From: Leptospiraceae bacterium
GTDB lineage: Bacteria; Spirochaetota; Leptospiria; Leptospirales; Leptonemataceae
Assembly: GCA_040217195.1 (NCBI GenBank)
Contig: JAVJNR010000002.1
Coordinates: 32,001-96,000 of the forward strand
DNA: 64,000 nucleotides
Reading direction: 5' to 3'
Part shown: piece after piece, positions 1 to 9,845 of the stretch
Layout of the letters: every line of letters begins with the position of its first letter
How positions within the stretch are numbered: position 1 is the stretch's first letter
The notes under the pieces: model-generated
What the model was told of the DNA's origin: nothing
The model's database searches: none
Seen by the model: the letters and a program-made list of their open reading frames with translations, nothing else
Translations under genes and position numbers: made by a program

Positions 1-142
1 TGCATGCAGTTTCATATATGGCTTTGTAACGATCCGAAAGAATGTCGTCCAGGGCATGGGCCCCAAATGCTCCGGCTGCCACGGACAGTCCTGCCAGGAT
101 GGCTCCCAGCATAGTAAGAATACGAACTTCGGAACTCCTCAT
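1..142 (-). CDS. DUF423 (YgdD/TMEM256-like) small membrane protein, partial (runs off the window start)
   Basis: Manual translation from the ATG at 142: MRSSEVRILTMLGAILAGLSVAAGAFGAHALDD...YETA. The GAFGAH motif is typical of DUF423. Not in the ORF track. Confidence 0.8.
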   Translation of the reverse strand, partial: MRSSEVRILTMLGAILAGLSVAAGAFGAHALDDILSDRYKAIYETAC

Positions 143-198
143 TGAGTCTAAATTCGGTTGCTTTCTGGATACTGTCCAGCAAACAATAGGCAGACCCC

Positions 199-891
199 AT
201 GATCCGACTATTACTTCCCATTCTGGTATTGAGTTTCGCAGGTTGGTATTGCTCTGCAATTGATGTAGCTATTCAGCACGATTCAGAAGTAGTGAACCGA
301 ACTTTTCCTGAACAGAAGCCATCCGGATTTCTGATCGAAGGAGAAGAAGAGCCGGCTACACCAACCAATCGAATTCGTGTGGTTGTAATGCCCATCGAAG
401 TCCGTGGCGAACAATGGGGCGGCCAATTCTCGGATGCCATTGCACTTCATTTGATGAAAACCAGGCGATTCGACGTACTTGAGCGAAGCTATCTCGAGCG
501 AGTTCTAAGAGAGCAAAGCCTGCATCAGACCGGTCTCATTGACCCATCCACTGGCGCGAAGATTGGAAAAATCCTGGGGGCTCGATTTATTGTTACTGGA
601 GAGGCCATACCTTTAAAATACCAGGACACTATCGGAAACTACCATGACAATATGATCGATACCTGCACCATTAAGATCATCGATGTGGAAACCGCGTCCC
701 ACTATGCTATTATTCGAAAAGAGCCGGGCATTGCCTGGGACTGGACCTACCGGTTGATGTGGGCTGTTCCCTTAACTATGATCTGGGACCGAGAAGATCT
801 ATTGATTGATAGCACCAAATACGATGAAATCGCGCAGCAGGTTGTAACTAGATTCGTAAACACTTTGCAGTATGGTGCTCCGGGCTTTTAG
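199..891 (+). CDS. CsgG/HfaB-family exported protein
   Basis: Signal-peptide-like N-terminus; 'RFDVLERSYLERVLREQSL..TGLIDPSTGAKIGKILGARFIVTG' is typical of the CsgG family. Confidence 0.8.
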   Translation: MIRLLLPILVLSFAGWYCSAIDVAIQHDSEVVNRTFPEQKPSGFLIEGEEEPATPTNRIRVVVMPIEVRGEQWGGQFSDAIALHLMKTRRFDVLERSYLERVLREQSLHQTGLIDPSTGAKIGKILGARFIVTGEAIPLKYQDTIGNYHDNMIDTCTIKIIDVETASHYAIIRKEPGIAWDWTYRLMWAVPLTMIWDREDLLIDSTKYDEIAQQVVTRFVNTLQYGAPGF

Positions 892-1060
892 GCCGATACG
901 CCTGCACACAAGCAGGATTAACCGGAATTCATTCCGCAGGACTCTGAGTTACCGAAACATTTCCTCCAGATAGCCGGGCAATCGACACAGAAGGTGCAAA
1001 TACCTTTGATTGGATCAGAAAAAGTCCGCCCAATTCCGAAAAATTCATTTGGTACCTGGA

Positions 1061-1984
1061 TCAGGAATGGAGCCCTTCATACAGGCGCAAGGCCACTTCC
1101 TTTTCAAATAGTTCGCTTCCGGGAGTCAACGCAGCAGCGCTTCCGCATGCAACCCCAAGCCGCACTGAATCTTCCAGCTCTTTTTCATGAAATAGTCCAT
1201 AGACGATTCCGGCTACCATGCTGTCTCCGGCCCCGACTGTACTACGAGGCTTAACAATGGGCGCAGGAACATGTTTAAGTTGCGAATCAAAATACAAATA
1301 GGCCCCTGCAGGACCCAGAGAAACTACCACTGCTTCGCAGGCATATCGCTCCACTACCTCACGAATCGCCCGTTCTACCTGATCTCCTTCCAGCTCATCT
1401 CGGCCTACTAGTCCGCCCAGTTCAGTAAGATTCGGCTTAATCAGAAAAATGGGCTGCTGCAGTGCCTCAACCATGGGTTGCCCATGGGTATCCAGAATGA
1501 ATCGCGCTCCCAGTTCCCTGGCGATCAATGCTATTTCTCCATAAGTATTTGAAGGCATGGTGGCCGGCAGACTGCCACTGGCCACAATGTAATCCGGTCC
1601 AGGATCCAGATCTAACAGCATCTTCTTAATCTGAGCTGCAGATAGTGGGGAGCCATCCGCATAGGGTAAGACGAATCGGTATTGTTTGTTCGAACCTCGA
1701 TCGAATACAGTCAGGTTTTCTCTGGTTTCCGAATCGACAGATAGGGCTCTAAATGCAATGTCCTGCTTTCGCATCAGTTCCTGAAGTAATTGACCATTGA
1801 ACCCGCCGGCTGTGCAGATCGCCAGGGCATCAACTCCCAGTTTTCTAAGCCCGCGGGCCACATTGATTCCTCCACCACCCGCTTCTTCGACTACGGAGCT
1901 GCAGCGAAGCTTTGCATCTGGCACTACTGCATCCACAACAACGCTTTTGTCGATGGATGGGTTCAAGGTAATGGTGACAATCAT
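1061..1984 (-). CDS. pfkB: 1-phosphofructokinase-family (PfkB) hexose kinase
   Basis: MIVTITLNPSIDK, AGGGGINVAR, IKPN and STVGAGDS motifs. Confidence 0.9.
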   Translation of the reverse strand: MIVTITLNPSIDKSVVVDAVVPDAKLRCSSVVEEAGGGGINVARGLRKLGVDALAICTAGGFNGQLLQELMRKQDIAFRALSVDSETRENLTVFDRGSNKQYRFVLPYADGSPLSAAQIKKMLLDLDPGPDYIVASGSLPATMPSNTYGEIALIARELGARFILDTHGQPMVEALQQPIFLIKPNLTELGGLVGRDELEGDQVERAIREVVERYACEAVVVSLGPAGAYLYFDSQLKHVPAPIVKPRSTVGAGDSMVAGIVYGLFHEKELEDSVRLGVACGSAAALTPGSELFEKEVALRLYEGLHS

Positions 1985-2252
1985 GGCCTCTTTAGGCTAT
2001 GTCAATGGTCCCTGGTGCAAGCAAAAACGATGTCAGCGAGAAACTCAAAAGGACCCGGGTAATACTACCAGAAATAGGAATTCCGCACTCCATCCGGGAA
2101 AGGCCCGGACTACCAGGTCAGGAGATGTCACATAGTCTCAATCCACAAGAATTCTGGCGCCTGCTAGCCAGACTCCTTCTGGTTTTACTATTCGCACAGG
2201 AGTAAGAAAACGGGCATCAGCATCGCACGAACACGGGGCGGATTGATGCACC

Positions 2253-2723
2253 TTATTCCGGAAGATCCACAAGAAAGTAGGTATACTTTGCCTGAGCCAC
2301 ACGCTTACCCTGTTCGTTTAGATAGTCGCATATAAAGTAAAGCCGGTCGGATTCCTTTCGCTTTAGACGTGCCCGGGTCTTTACGACTCCAGAATCCACT
2401 GCTCGCAAATAGCGAATGGAAGCGCTGGCAGTAACCATCCTCTGATTCTTGCTGGTTAAGTGAAAGCCGCACATCAATGCGGTTATAGTATCTCCCACAG
2501 TGAAATAGACTCCTCCATGCATCAGCCCGTGTAGTGCCATAGTATCCTTTACCAGAGGCATTTCCGCTTCTGCTTCTTCACCGGTTACCATCTGCAATTT
2601 CATATGCGTATGACCCGGATGACACTGATCTACCAAAGCCTGGGCCTTTTCAAGAGGGGTTCCGTCTTGCTTGAAGGTAAAATGTTCTCTGGGTATGATT
2701 GATTCGATAAATTCCAAATCCAT
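2253..2723 (-). CDS. PaaI-family (hotdog fold) thioesterase
   Basis: HGLMHGG..D motif. The start is placed at ATG 2723 behind a GAGGAG RBS; the longer ORF-track start just reads through the tandem repeat. Confidence 0.85.
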   Translation of the reverse strand: MDLEFIESIIPREHFTFKQDGTPLEKAQALVDQCHPGHTHMKLQMVTGEEAEAEMPLVKDTMALHGLMHGGVYFTVGDTITALMCGFHLTSKNQRMVTASASIRYLRAVDSGVVKTRARLKRKESDRLYFICDYLNEQGKRVAQAKYTYFLVDLPE

Positions 2724-2736
2724 AGATCGCTCCTCT

Positions 2737-2836
2737 AGCCCGCAAGCCCGCAAGCCCGCAAGCCCGCAAGCCCGCAAGCCCGCAAGCCCGCAAGCCCGCA
2801 AGCCCGCAAGCCCGCAAGCCCGCAAGCCCGCAAGCC
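2737..2836. repeat. Perfect tandem repeat (AGCCCGCA) x12.5
   Basis: Read directly: 12 identical 8-mers plus AGCC, 100 bp, intergenic. Confidence 0.97.
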
Positions 2837-3008
2837 TCTGATTGCCGACTCACTTATTTAACAGCTCCAATAATAGATGCTTCAATTTCCTGCAACTCTC
2901 CAAGCCAAGCATGAGACAAGTTGGTCTCCCCATTGCACCCAATGGAGACAGGGTTGTCTACTTTTTTTTCTGGCCAGCAAAAGGGCTATGAGCTACCGTC
3001 TACCTGCT

Positions 3009-3650
3009 ATGCCTCTGGAAAAAAATAGGCAACACCTGGAAGCGCTGGCTGGTTCTCGCACCGCCGGAAACCCGGCGGCCCGTTTATTGGCTGCCGCCCG
3101 AAGTCTCTTTTACGAGCAAGGGTACGCACTTGCGGGTATCAATGACATTATCTCTCGGTCCAATACGTCGAAGAAGAGCTTTTATCGCTATTTTCCGAGC
3201 AAGCAAAAGCTGGGCGAAGCGTATCTGAAAGGACAAACCAGAGATTTGATTCGATTCATAGATTGGCTGGATAGCAAATCTAGAGACTATGACCATTTCT
3301 GCAGCTTATGGGCTCGCAGTATGATGCGAATTGCTTCCAGGTCTGATTACAATGGCTGCCCATTCGCCAATGCCAGGGCCCAGGCTCCGGAATTCCATGA
3401 TCTGATTCAGGACATTCATGAATTGCAGATACTTCGTCTGGAGAAGTTAATCAGCAGGCTACGACCGGATCTGGAGCGGAAAAAACAATGTCACTGGATT
3501 GCCCAGATTGCCAGCATGCAATACCAGGGAGCGATCCATTACTGGAGATTATCGGGAGATGTGGAGTCCTTTCGAAATATGGCTCTGATGCTGAAAACAC
3601 TGCCTGATTTGGCCGGTTCTCGGAAAGGAAGAAGAGTGCCTCGAGTATAG
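3009..3650 (+). CDS. TetR/AcrR-family transcriptional regulator
   Basis: LLAAARSLFYEQGY..GINDII..SKKSFYRYFPSKQKL HTH and a GCPF motif. Start uncertain (2988 or 3009). Confidence 0.88.
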   Translation: MPLEKNRQHLEALAGSRTAGNPAARLLAAARSLFYEQGYALAGINDIISRSNTSKKSFYRYFPSKQKLGEAYLKGQTRDLIRFIDWLDSKSRDYDHFCSLWARSMMRIASRSDYNGCPFANARAQAPEFHDLIQDIHELQILRLEKLISRLRPDLERKKQCHWIAQIASMQYQGAIHYWRLSGDVESFRNMALMLKTLPDLAGSRKGRRVPRV

Positions 3651-3674
3651 CCATTGGTGTAGATTCGAAAACTA

Positions 3675-3700
3675 CTGCGGCCCGAAGCAGCGAGCCGCAG
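3675..3700. terminator. GC-rich hairpin between convergent genes
   Basis: CTGCGGC...GCCGCAG inverted repeat. Confidence 0.5.
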
Positions 3701-3708
3701 AATATACC

Positions 3709-4230
3709 TCATTCAAGTTCGAAACTCACTTCCTCGGAGCCTTTCCGGTCACCGTTTTTTACAGTGATCTCAGCTCGATATTGTCCCTTACCCGAAGTTG
3801 CGAACGAAAACCCATCATGATGCATTTTCTCATTGCTCATCTGAGCATGACTTACCTGTAATTCATGCCCTTCGGGTCCGAATACCTTTATGGATACCTC
3901 TGCCTCACGAAGTAATTCATTGCTCTCTTTATCCAGAACAGTGAGCATCAGATGTCGATCAGAGTCTTTCATATGCTCATCATGGCCTTTCATTTTCATC
4001 ATATCCATCATCTTATGGTGCTGCCCCATGCTCATCCAGTCGACGGTTACTTTCGCGCCCGCCAATTCCAGATTTCGAGTTTCTCGATTCATTGTCTCAT
4101 GATGCATGGAGCTATCCATTTCCTTCTGATGCATGGAATGATCTTGAGAACCATTTCCGCAGGTGGAGATCCAAATCGCAGCTCCGATAAGCAACGAAAT
4201 TGTTCCCGGTATTGTCTTGTTCATATTCAT
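3709..4230 (-). CDS. Met/His-rich lipoprotein, putative periplasmic copper-binding protein
   Basis: Lipobox-like ISTC; many Met and His residues (HHKMMDMMKMKGHDEHM); last gene of the copper cluster. Confidence 0.65.
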   Translation of the reverse strand: MNMNKTIPGTISLLIGAAIWISTCGNGSQDHSMHQKEMDSSMHHETMNRETRNLELAGAKVTVDWMSMGQHHKMMDMMKMKGHDEHMKDSDRHLMLTVLDKESNELLREAEVSIKVFGPEGHELQVSHAQMSNEKMHHDGFSFATSGKGQYRAEITVKNGDRKGSEEVSFELE

Positions 4231-4316
4231 ACTCCTAATTATCTATAATCTTGTTCTCAGTATTTTTTCGCTTCTACTCGAGAGCTGCGTGCGAGGGACT
4301 CAGAGCAAAAGTCTCC

Positions 4317-6446
4317 TCAACCTGCCCTGTGGGCCTTACGCTTAAGAAGTTGAGCGTTGATTGCCACAATAATCGTGCTCAGACTCATGAACACAGCTCC
4401 CACTGCCGGACTAATGACAATTCCAGGAATAAATCCTGTGGCCAGGGGAAGTGCGATGGCATTGTATCCAGTGGCCCAGATCAGGTTCTGGATCATCTTG
4501 GAGTAAGTGGCTCGGCCGAAGAGAATTAGCTGAGCGATGTCTGCTGGATTGCTTCGCACGAGAATGATATCTGCTGTACTGGCGGCAACATCCGTTCCGG
4601 ACCCCACAGCAATGCCAATGTTGGCTGTGGCCAGTGCGGGAGCGTCGTTCACTCCGTCGCCTGTCATGGCTACAAAGTGTCCCTGGTTCTGCAGCTCCTT
4701 GATGATTTCCACTTTCTTTTCAGGCATCACTCGACTGTAATAACCATCCAGTCCCAGTTCATCGCTCACGGCCCGGGCGGTGGATTCTCCATCACCGGTG
4801 GCCATATAGAGTTTAATCCCTCGTTTTCGCAGAGTTTTCACTGCTTCCTTGCTTTCTGGTCGGATTTCATCCGCAAGACTGAGTCTGGCCAGAAGTACAT
4901 CTCCTCGAAGCAAGTACACCTCGGTGGCGCCAGGCATTCCTCCGTCCGGTAATTGCAGTCCTTTTTCTTCCACAGATTTGGAGCTCACCACGGAATAGAA
5001 CTGGCCATCCACCTTACCCTGTATTCCTCTTCCGGTAATCGTTTCAAATTCAGAAACCTCCGGCAGAGTTAAAGAGCGGAAGCGAGCTCCTTCCAATAAA
5101 CCAGTGGCTATTGGATGCTCGGAATGCTGTTCCAGACCGGCTGCAATCCTTAGAACGTCATCCTCTGTAGAGTCGGCAAAGAGTTCTGTCCGAGCCAGGC
5201 GGAAAACTCCCCTGGTTAGAGTACCGGTCTTGTCGAATACCAGGGCTGTAATTTTACGAGCATTCTCAAAGGCCGTTCGATTCCGAATAAGCAGACCATT
5301 CCGGGCAGACATGGCTGTGGATATGGCCACCACGAGAGGAATGGCCAGTCCCAGAGCATGGGGACAGGAAATCACCATTACTGTTACCGTCCTTTCCAGA
5401 ATATAGCTCACATCCTCACCAAGAAGAGCCCAGCCCACGGAAGTGATTATACCTGCACCAATTGCAACAAAGGCCAACCAGGCCGCTGCTTTGTTGGCAA
5501 GGTTTTGAGTTCTGGATTTCGCAGATTGAGCCTCCTCCACAAGGGTAATCACCTGCTGGAGATAGCTGTCTTTTCCGGTCTTTTCGACTCGGATCTGAAT
5601 GGATGAATTACCGTTCAAGGATCCGCCAATTACCTGATCTTCCGCTTTTCTTTTGATCGGAACGCTTTCGCCGGTAACCAGAGATTCATCCACATAACTT
5701 TCGCCTTCGATTACGGTACCATCCGCCGGAATCTTTTCGTTGGCTCGAATAAGAATAATGTCTCCCGTTTGAAGCGAATCAATGGATACATCGACCCAAT
5801 CATCTCCTTCCTTCTTATGGGCTTCTGCTGGTAGAAGTTCCACCAGCAATTGGAGAGCATTGGAAGCACCCATAACGGATTTCATCTCAATCCAGTGCCC
5901 CAGAAGCATTACAACAATCAGAGTTGCAAGCTCCCAGAAGAAGTCCATACCCGGCAGACCAAATACAATGGCTGAACTGTACACATAGGCAACAGTGATG
6001 GCCAGACCAATCAATGTCATCATTCCTGGTTGCTTTTTCTTTAGCTCAGAGAACAGACCGGTAAGGAAGGGCCAGCCGCCGTAGAAGAACAGAATGGTTG
6101 CCAGACCGAAGACAATGTATCCCTGAAAGGGAATCGTCAGTTCAAATCCCAGAAAACCCTGGATCATCTTCGAAAGTGCCAGGATTGGTACAGTTAGAAT
6201 CAAAGAAACATAGAATCGTTTCTTAAAATCTTCGATCATATGTGCATGATGATCTCCGTGACCGGAATGATCTCCGTGACCGGAATGATCTCCGTGACCG
6301 GAATGATCTCCGTGACCGGAATGATCTCCGTGACCGGAATGATCTCCGTGGCCGGAATGATCTTCGTGGCCGGAATGATCTCCGTGACCGGAATGATCTC
6401 CGCGAGCAGTATGATCTTCGTGGCCGGGTTTGTATTGTTGTGACAT
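4317..6446 (-). CDS. copB: Copper-translocating P1B-type ATPase (CopB-like, CPH motif)
   Basis: TGES, CPHALGL, DKTGT, SEHP, GDGVNDAP, YN and MSLS motifs; His-rich N-terminus. Confidence 0.92.
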   Translation of the reverse strand: MSQQYKPGHEDHTARGDHSGHGDHSGHEDHSGHGDHSGHGDHSGHGDHSGHGDHSGHGDHSGHGDHHAHMIEDFKKRFYVSLILTVPILALSKMIQGFLGFELTIPFQGYIVFGLATILFFYGGWPFLTGLFSELKKKQPGMMTLIGLAITVAYVYSSAIVFGLPGMDFFWELATLIVVMLLGHWIEMKSVMGASNALQLLVELLPAEAHKKEGDDWVDVSIDSLQTGDIILIRANEKIPADGTVIEGESYVDESLVTGESVPIKRKAEDQVIGGSLNGNSSIQIRVEKTGKDSYLQQVITLVEEAQSAKSRTQNLANKAAAWLAFVAIGAGIITSVGWALLGEDVSYILERTVTVMVISCPHALGLAIPLVVAISTAMSARNGLLIRNRTAFENARKITALVFDKTGTLTRGVFRLARTELFADSTEDDVLRIAAGLEQHSEHPIATGLLEGARFRSLTLPEVSEFETITGRGIQGKVDGQFYSVVSSKSVEEKGLQLPDGGMPGATEVYLLRGDVLLARLSLADEIRPESKEAVKTLRKRGIKLYMATGDGESTARAVSDELGLDGYYSRVMPEKKVEIIKELQNQGHFVAMTGDGVNDAPALATANIGIAVGSGTDVAASTADIILVRSNPADIAQLILFGRATYSKMIQNLIWATGYNAIALPLATGFIPGIVISPAVGAVFMSLSTIIVAINAQLLKRKAHRAG
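6249..6428 (-). repeat. 18-bp coding tandem repeat x10 encoding (SGHGDH)n
   Basis: Unit ATGATCTCCGTGACCGGA on the + strand; several identical copies plus variants. Confidence 0.95.
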
Positions 6447-6524
6447 AGAACCTCCTGAAATTCAGCCTCCAATGGGCTGCCTTTACCGGGAAAACGCAAT
6501 GTGCGCTTCCTGGTTACAGTAATG

Positions 6525-6542
6525 GGCGGAAAAAACCGCCCG
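6525..6542 (-). terminator. Hairpin just downstream of cusA
   Basis: GGGCGG-AAAAAA-CCGCCC inverted repeat; no clear U-tract. Confidence 0.45.
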
Positions 6543-6548
6543 AAATGG

Positions 6549-9500
6549 TCAGGCCTGGATTTCGCCGGATTTAATTAGAGTCTTCTCTTTCCACATTGTG
6601 TAGAGAACCGGATAGACCAGAAGTTCCAGAGCAAAGCTGGTAACCAACCCTCCAATCATGGGAGCTGCAATTCTTCGCATTAGATCTGAACCTGTGCCAT
6701 CGCTCCAGAGTATGGGAAGCAAGGCTACGAAGCCTGTGCCCACTGTCATTATCTTGGGGCGAACCCGGCGAACGGCACCGTGAAGAACAGCCTGCATTAA
6801 GTCATTTCGATCATTCAACAGCCCATTCTTCTTTCGATCATCCACAGAAATGTCCAGAAAGAGAAGCATGAAAGCTCCGGTTTCTGCATCCAGGCCCATC
6901 AAAGCTATCATCCCTACCCAGACTGCAATGGACATATTATAATCCAGAGCAAATAGAAGCCAGACCGCGCCCATAATACTGAATGGTAATCCCATCATTA
7001 TGATGGCTGTTTTGAACCAGTGTCTGGTGTTCATATACATGAGAGTCAGGATGATCAACAATGTGATTGGAATCACAACCATCATTCGCTGCGAAGCACG
7101 CTGCATATTCTCGTACTGACCGCTAAATCGATAGGAATATCCAGGGGGCAAATCCAGATTCGCCTGCAGGGCTTGCTTCGCTTTCATTACGTAAGTGCCA
7201 ATATCCACATTTTCGATGTCCACAAACACATAGCCTGAAAGTAGGCCATCTTCGTTACGGATCATACCTGGCCCTGAAACAATTTCAATGTGGGCCACCT
7301 GTGAAATTGGAATCTGGGCCCCACCGGGAGTAGTGACCAGAGTTCTACCCAGGTCTCGAATAGATTCCCGGGATTTTCGCTGATAGCGAACCTGAATGCT
7401 ATATCGTTCCCTTCCTTCCACAGTAGTACTTACATCCTGGCCTCCCACACCAATGCGAATAGACTTATGCAAATCACCGACAGTCAGTCCGTACCTGGCC
7501 ATCAATTCGCGATGAGGCACAATGTCGATGTAGGTTCCTCCGCGAACTCTCTCTGCATAGACGCTGCGGCTTCCTTCCAGCTTCTGAAGTATTTCTTCTG
7601 TTCTAACGGCGAGTCTTTCGATTTCTTTCAGATCACGGCCAAAGAATTTCACACCAATGGGTGTACGAATTCCAGTGGTTAGCATGTCAATTCGACCTCT
7701 TATGGGCATGGTCCAGGCATTGGTCCATCCGGGAAACTGCATGGCTTTGTTCATTTCCTCAGTAAGCTCTTTATACGATATTCGATCGGACCAGATCCAG
7801 CTAAATAGACCATGCATGAAATTCGGAAGAAAACTGTACCATCGCTCCTTCTTTCTCCATTCAGATTCTGGCTTGAGCATGACCGTAGTTTCGACCATTG
7901 ATAACGGGGCCGGATCTGTAGAGGTGTTGGCCCGACCAGCCTTGCCAAAGACTCGCTCTACTTCTGGAAATTGTTTTAAAACTCGATCCTGGACCTGGAG
8001 CATTCGCTGAGCTTCCGATGCGGAAAGACCGGGTACCGTGGTAGGCATATACAGAATCGTTCCTTCATTCAGCGGAGGCATAAATTCAGAACCCAGCCCC
8101 ATAAACAATGGAACCGTACCTAGCAGCAAGGCACCGGCGGTTACCAGGACCTGCTTTCTGAATTTCAAAACAAACAGACAGGCAGGCTCATAGATTCGGA
8201 AAAGAAACCGGCTAATGGGATGATCATCTTCCTTATGATATTTTCCTACAAATAGGGTCGTTGCCAATTTCGCAAGCCAGGCAGGCTGAAAATCGTACGG
8301 ACGATAACGGTTAAAGAGCATCTGAACGGCAGGGTTCAGTGTTATGGCAAGAAGAGCCGCAATAGCCATGGCCAGATTCTTGGAATACGCCAGGGGCTTG
8401 AATAATCGACCTTCCTGGCCCACCAGGGCAAAGATTGGCATGAAGGATACCGCGATTACCAGAAGCGAAAAGAATATCGATGGCCCCACTTCTTTCAAGG
8501 CTTCAATTCTTACGCGCATGAAATCTTTCTTGATTACTTCCGGATCCCGCTCATCCGAGCTTCCTCCATTGCCCGCTTCCTGCCACTGCTGGATTCGAGT
8601 ATAAATGTTCTCCACCTGAATAATTGCCCCATCCACCAGAACGCCTATGGATATGGCAATTCCGCCCAGACTCATAAGATTGGTGGTTACCCCGGTGAAA
8701 TACAGAGGCAGAAAAGAGAGAAAAACAGAGATGGGAATTGTAACTGCGGCGCTACTGGCAGAAGGAATATGCAACAGGAAAATAATGATCACAAGGCTGA
8801 CGATGATCATCTCTTCGATCAAGGTGCCTGTTATCGTGGATATGGCCTCATTAATCAATTCGGAACGATCGTAAGTAGGAACAATCTTCATTCCTTCTGG
8901 CAGGGAATCCTTTAAAGAATCGATTCGTTCTTTGACTCGATCAATCACATCCAGGGCATTTTCGCCGTCGCGCATCACGACAATGGCTCCGACCGTATCT
9001 CCCTTTCCGTCCAGATCGGCCACACCGCGCCGAATGTCCGGACCAAACTGAATATGAGCAACGTTTCGCAGCAGAACTGGATCGCCGGTCTTCGGATCTA
9101 CCTTTAGCACCACAGATTCCAGATCTTTCAAATCCCGGATATAGCCCCGACCCCGCACCATGTACTCCCGGCCGGCAAATTCCATAATTCGTCCGCCAGA
9201 TTCCATATTGGATTGCCGGATCGCTTCTACCACTCGATCCAGGGAGATGTTCAACGACTGAAGCTTTGTAGGATCAATCATTACCTGGTATTGCTTTTCA
9301 ACTCCACCTACAGCTGCGACCTCGGAAACGCCATCCACAGCCTGGATTTGATATTTAAGATTCCAGTCCTGGTAGCTGCGAAGATCGGCAAGACTGTTCT
9401 TTCCAGATTCATCCGTAAGTGCATATTGATAGACCCAGCCAAGAGCGCTGGCATCCGGTCCCAGCTCCACTGAAACCCCGTCCGGCAAATTCGGCTGCAC

Positions 9501-9845
9501 TTGCGATAGATATTCCAGAACTCTGCTGCGAGCCCAGTACAGGTCGGTTCCGTCTTCGAAGATTACATAGATGAACGAATTTCCATAGTCTGAAACGCCA
9601 CGAATGGTCTTTACCTTTGGCGCACCCAGCATCGCTGAAACGATGGGATAGGTGACCTGGTCTTCAATGATTCCCGGACTTTGATTCCATTTCGCGTATA
9701 CAATTACCTGAGTATCGCTCAAGTCCGGCAATGCATCCACCGGGATTTGCTTAATAGCCCAGTAGGATGCTCCCATGAGAAGAAGCACTCCGGCCAGCAT
9801 GGCATATTTTTGCCGGGCAGAGAATTCAATGATTCTGGCTATCAT
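6549..9845 (-). CDS. cusA: CusA/SilA-family heavy-metal efflux RND permease
   Basis: DALPDLSDTQVI, DLYWARSRVLEYL, GSEFMPPLNEG..LYMP, TDPAPLSM and WTMPIRGRIDML motifs (Met-triad region). Confidence 0.95.
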   Translation of the reverse strand: MIARIIEFSARQKYAMLAGVLLLMGASYWAIKQIPVDALPDLSDTQVIVYAKWNQSPGIIEDQVTYPIVSAMLGAPKVKTIRGVSDYGNSFIYVIFEDGTDLYWARSRVLEYLSQVQPNLPDGVSVELGPDASALGWVYQYALTDESGKNSLADLRSYQDWNLKYQIQAVDGVSEVAAVGGVEKQYQVMIDPTKLQSLNISLDRVVEAIRQSNMESGGRIMEFAGREYMVRGRGYIRDLKDLESVVLKVDPKTGDPVLLRNVAHIQFGPDIRRGVADLDGKGDTVGAIVVMRDGENALDVIDRVKERIDSLKDSLPEGMKIVPTYDRSELINEAISTITGTLIEEMIIVSLVIIIFLLHIPSASSAAVTIPISVFLSFLPLYFTGVTTNLMSLGGIAISIGVLVDGAIIQVENIYTRIQQWQEAGNGGSSDERDPEVIKKDFMRVRIEALKEVGPSIFFSLLVIAVSFMPIFALVGQEGRLFKPLAYSKNLAMAIAALLAITLNPAVQMLFNRYRPYDFQPAWLAKLATTLFVGKYHKEDDHPISRFLFRIYEPACLFVLKFRKQVLVTAGALLLGTVPLFMGLGSEFMPPLNEGTILYMPTTVPGLSASEAQRMLQVQDRVLKQFPEVERVFGKAGRANTSTDPAPLSMVETTVMLKPESEWRKKERWYSFLPNFMHGLFSWIWSDRISYKELTEEMNKAMQFPGWTNAWTMPIRGRIDMLTTGIRTPIGVKFFGRDLKEIERLAVRTEEILQKLEGSRSVYAERVRGGTYIDIVPHRELMARYGLTVGDLHKSIRIGVGGQDVSTTVEGRERYSIQVRYQRKSRESIRDLGRTLVTTPGGAQIPISQVAHIEIVSGPGMIRNEDGLLSGYVFVDIENVDIGTYVMKAKQALQANLDLPPGYSYRFSGQYENMQRASQRMMVVIPITLLIILTLMYMNTRHWFKTAIIMMGLPFSIMGAVWLLFALDYNMSIAVWVGMIALMGLDAETGAFMLLFLDISVDDRKKNGLLNDRNDLMQAVLHGAVRRVRPKIMTVGTGFVALLPILWSDGTGSDLMRRIAAPMIGGLVTSFALELLVYPVLYTMWKEKTLIKSGEIQA

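Noticed and set aside
2737..2836. 8-bp repeat as a CRISPR array or as a coding (RACGLAGL)n extension
   Set aside because: There are no spacers or cas genes, and a strong RBS plus ATG at 2723 explains the thioesterase start.
6236..6499. Repetitive ORFs in other frames, or a CRISPR-like array
   Set aside because: These are shadows of the in-frame His repeat of copB; the units are contiguous with no spacers.
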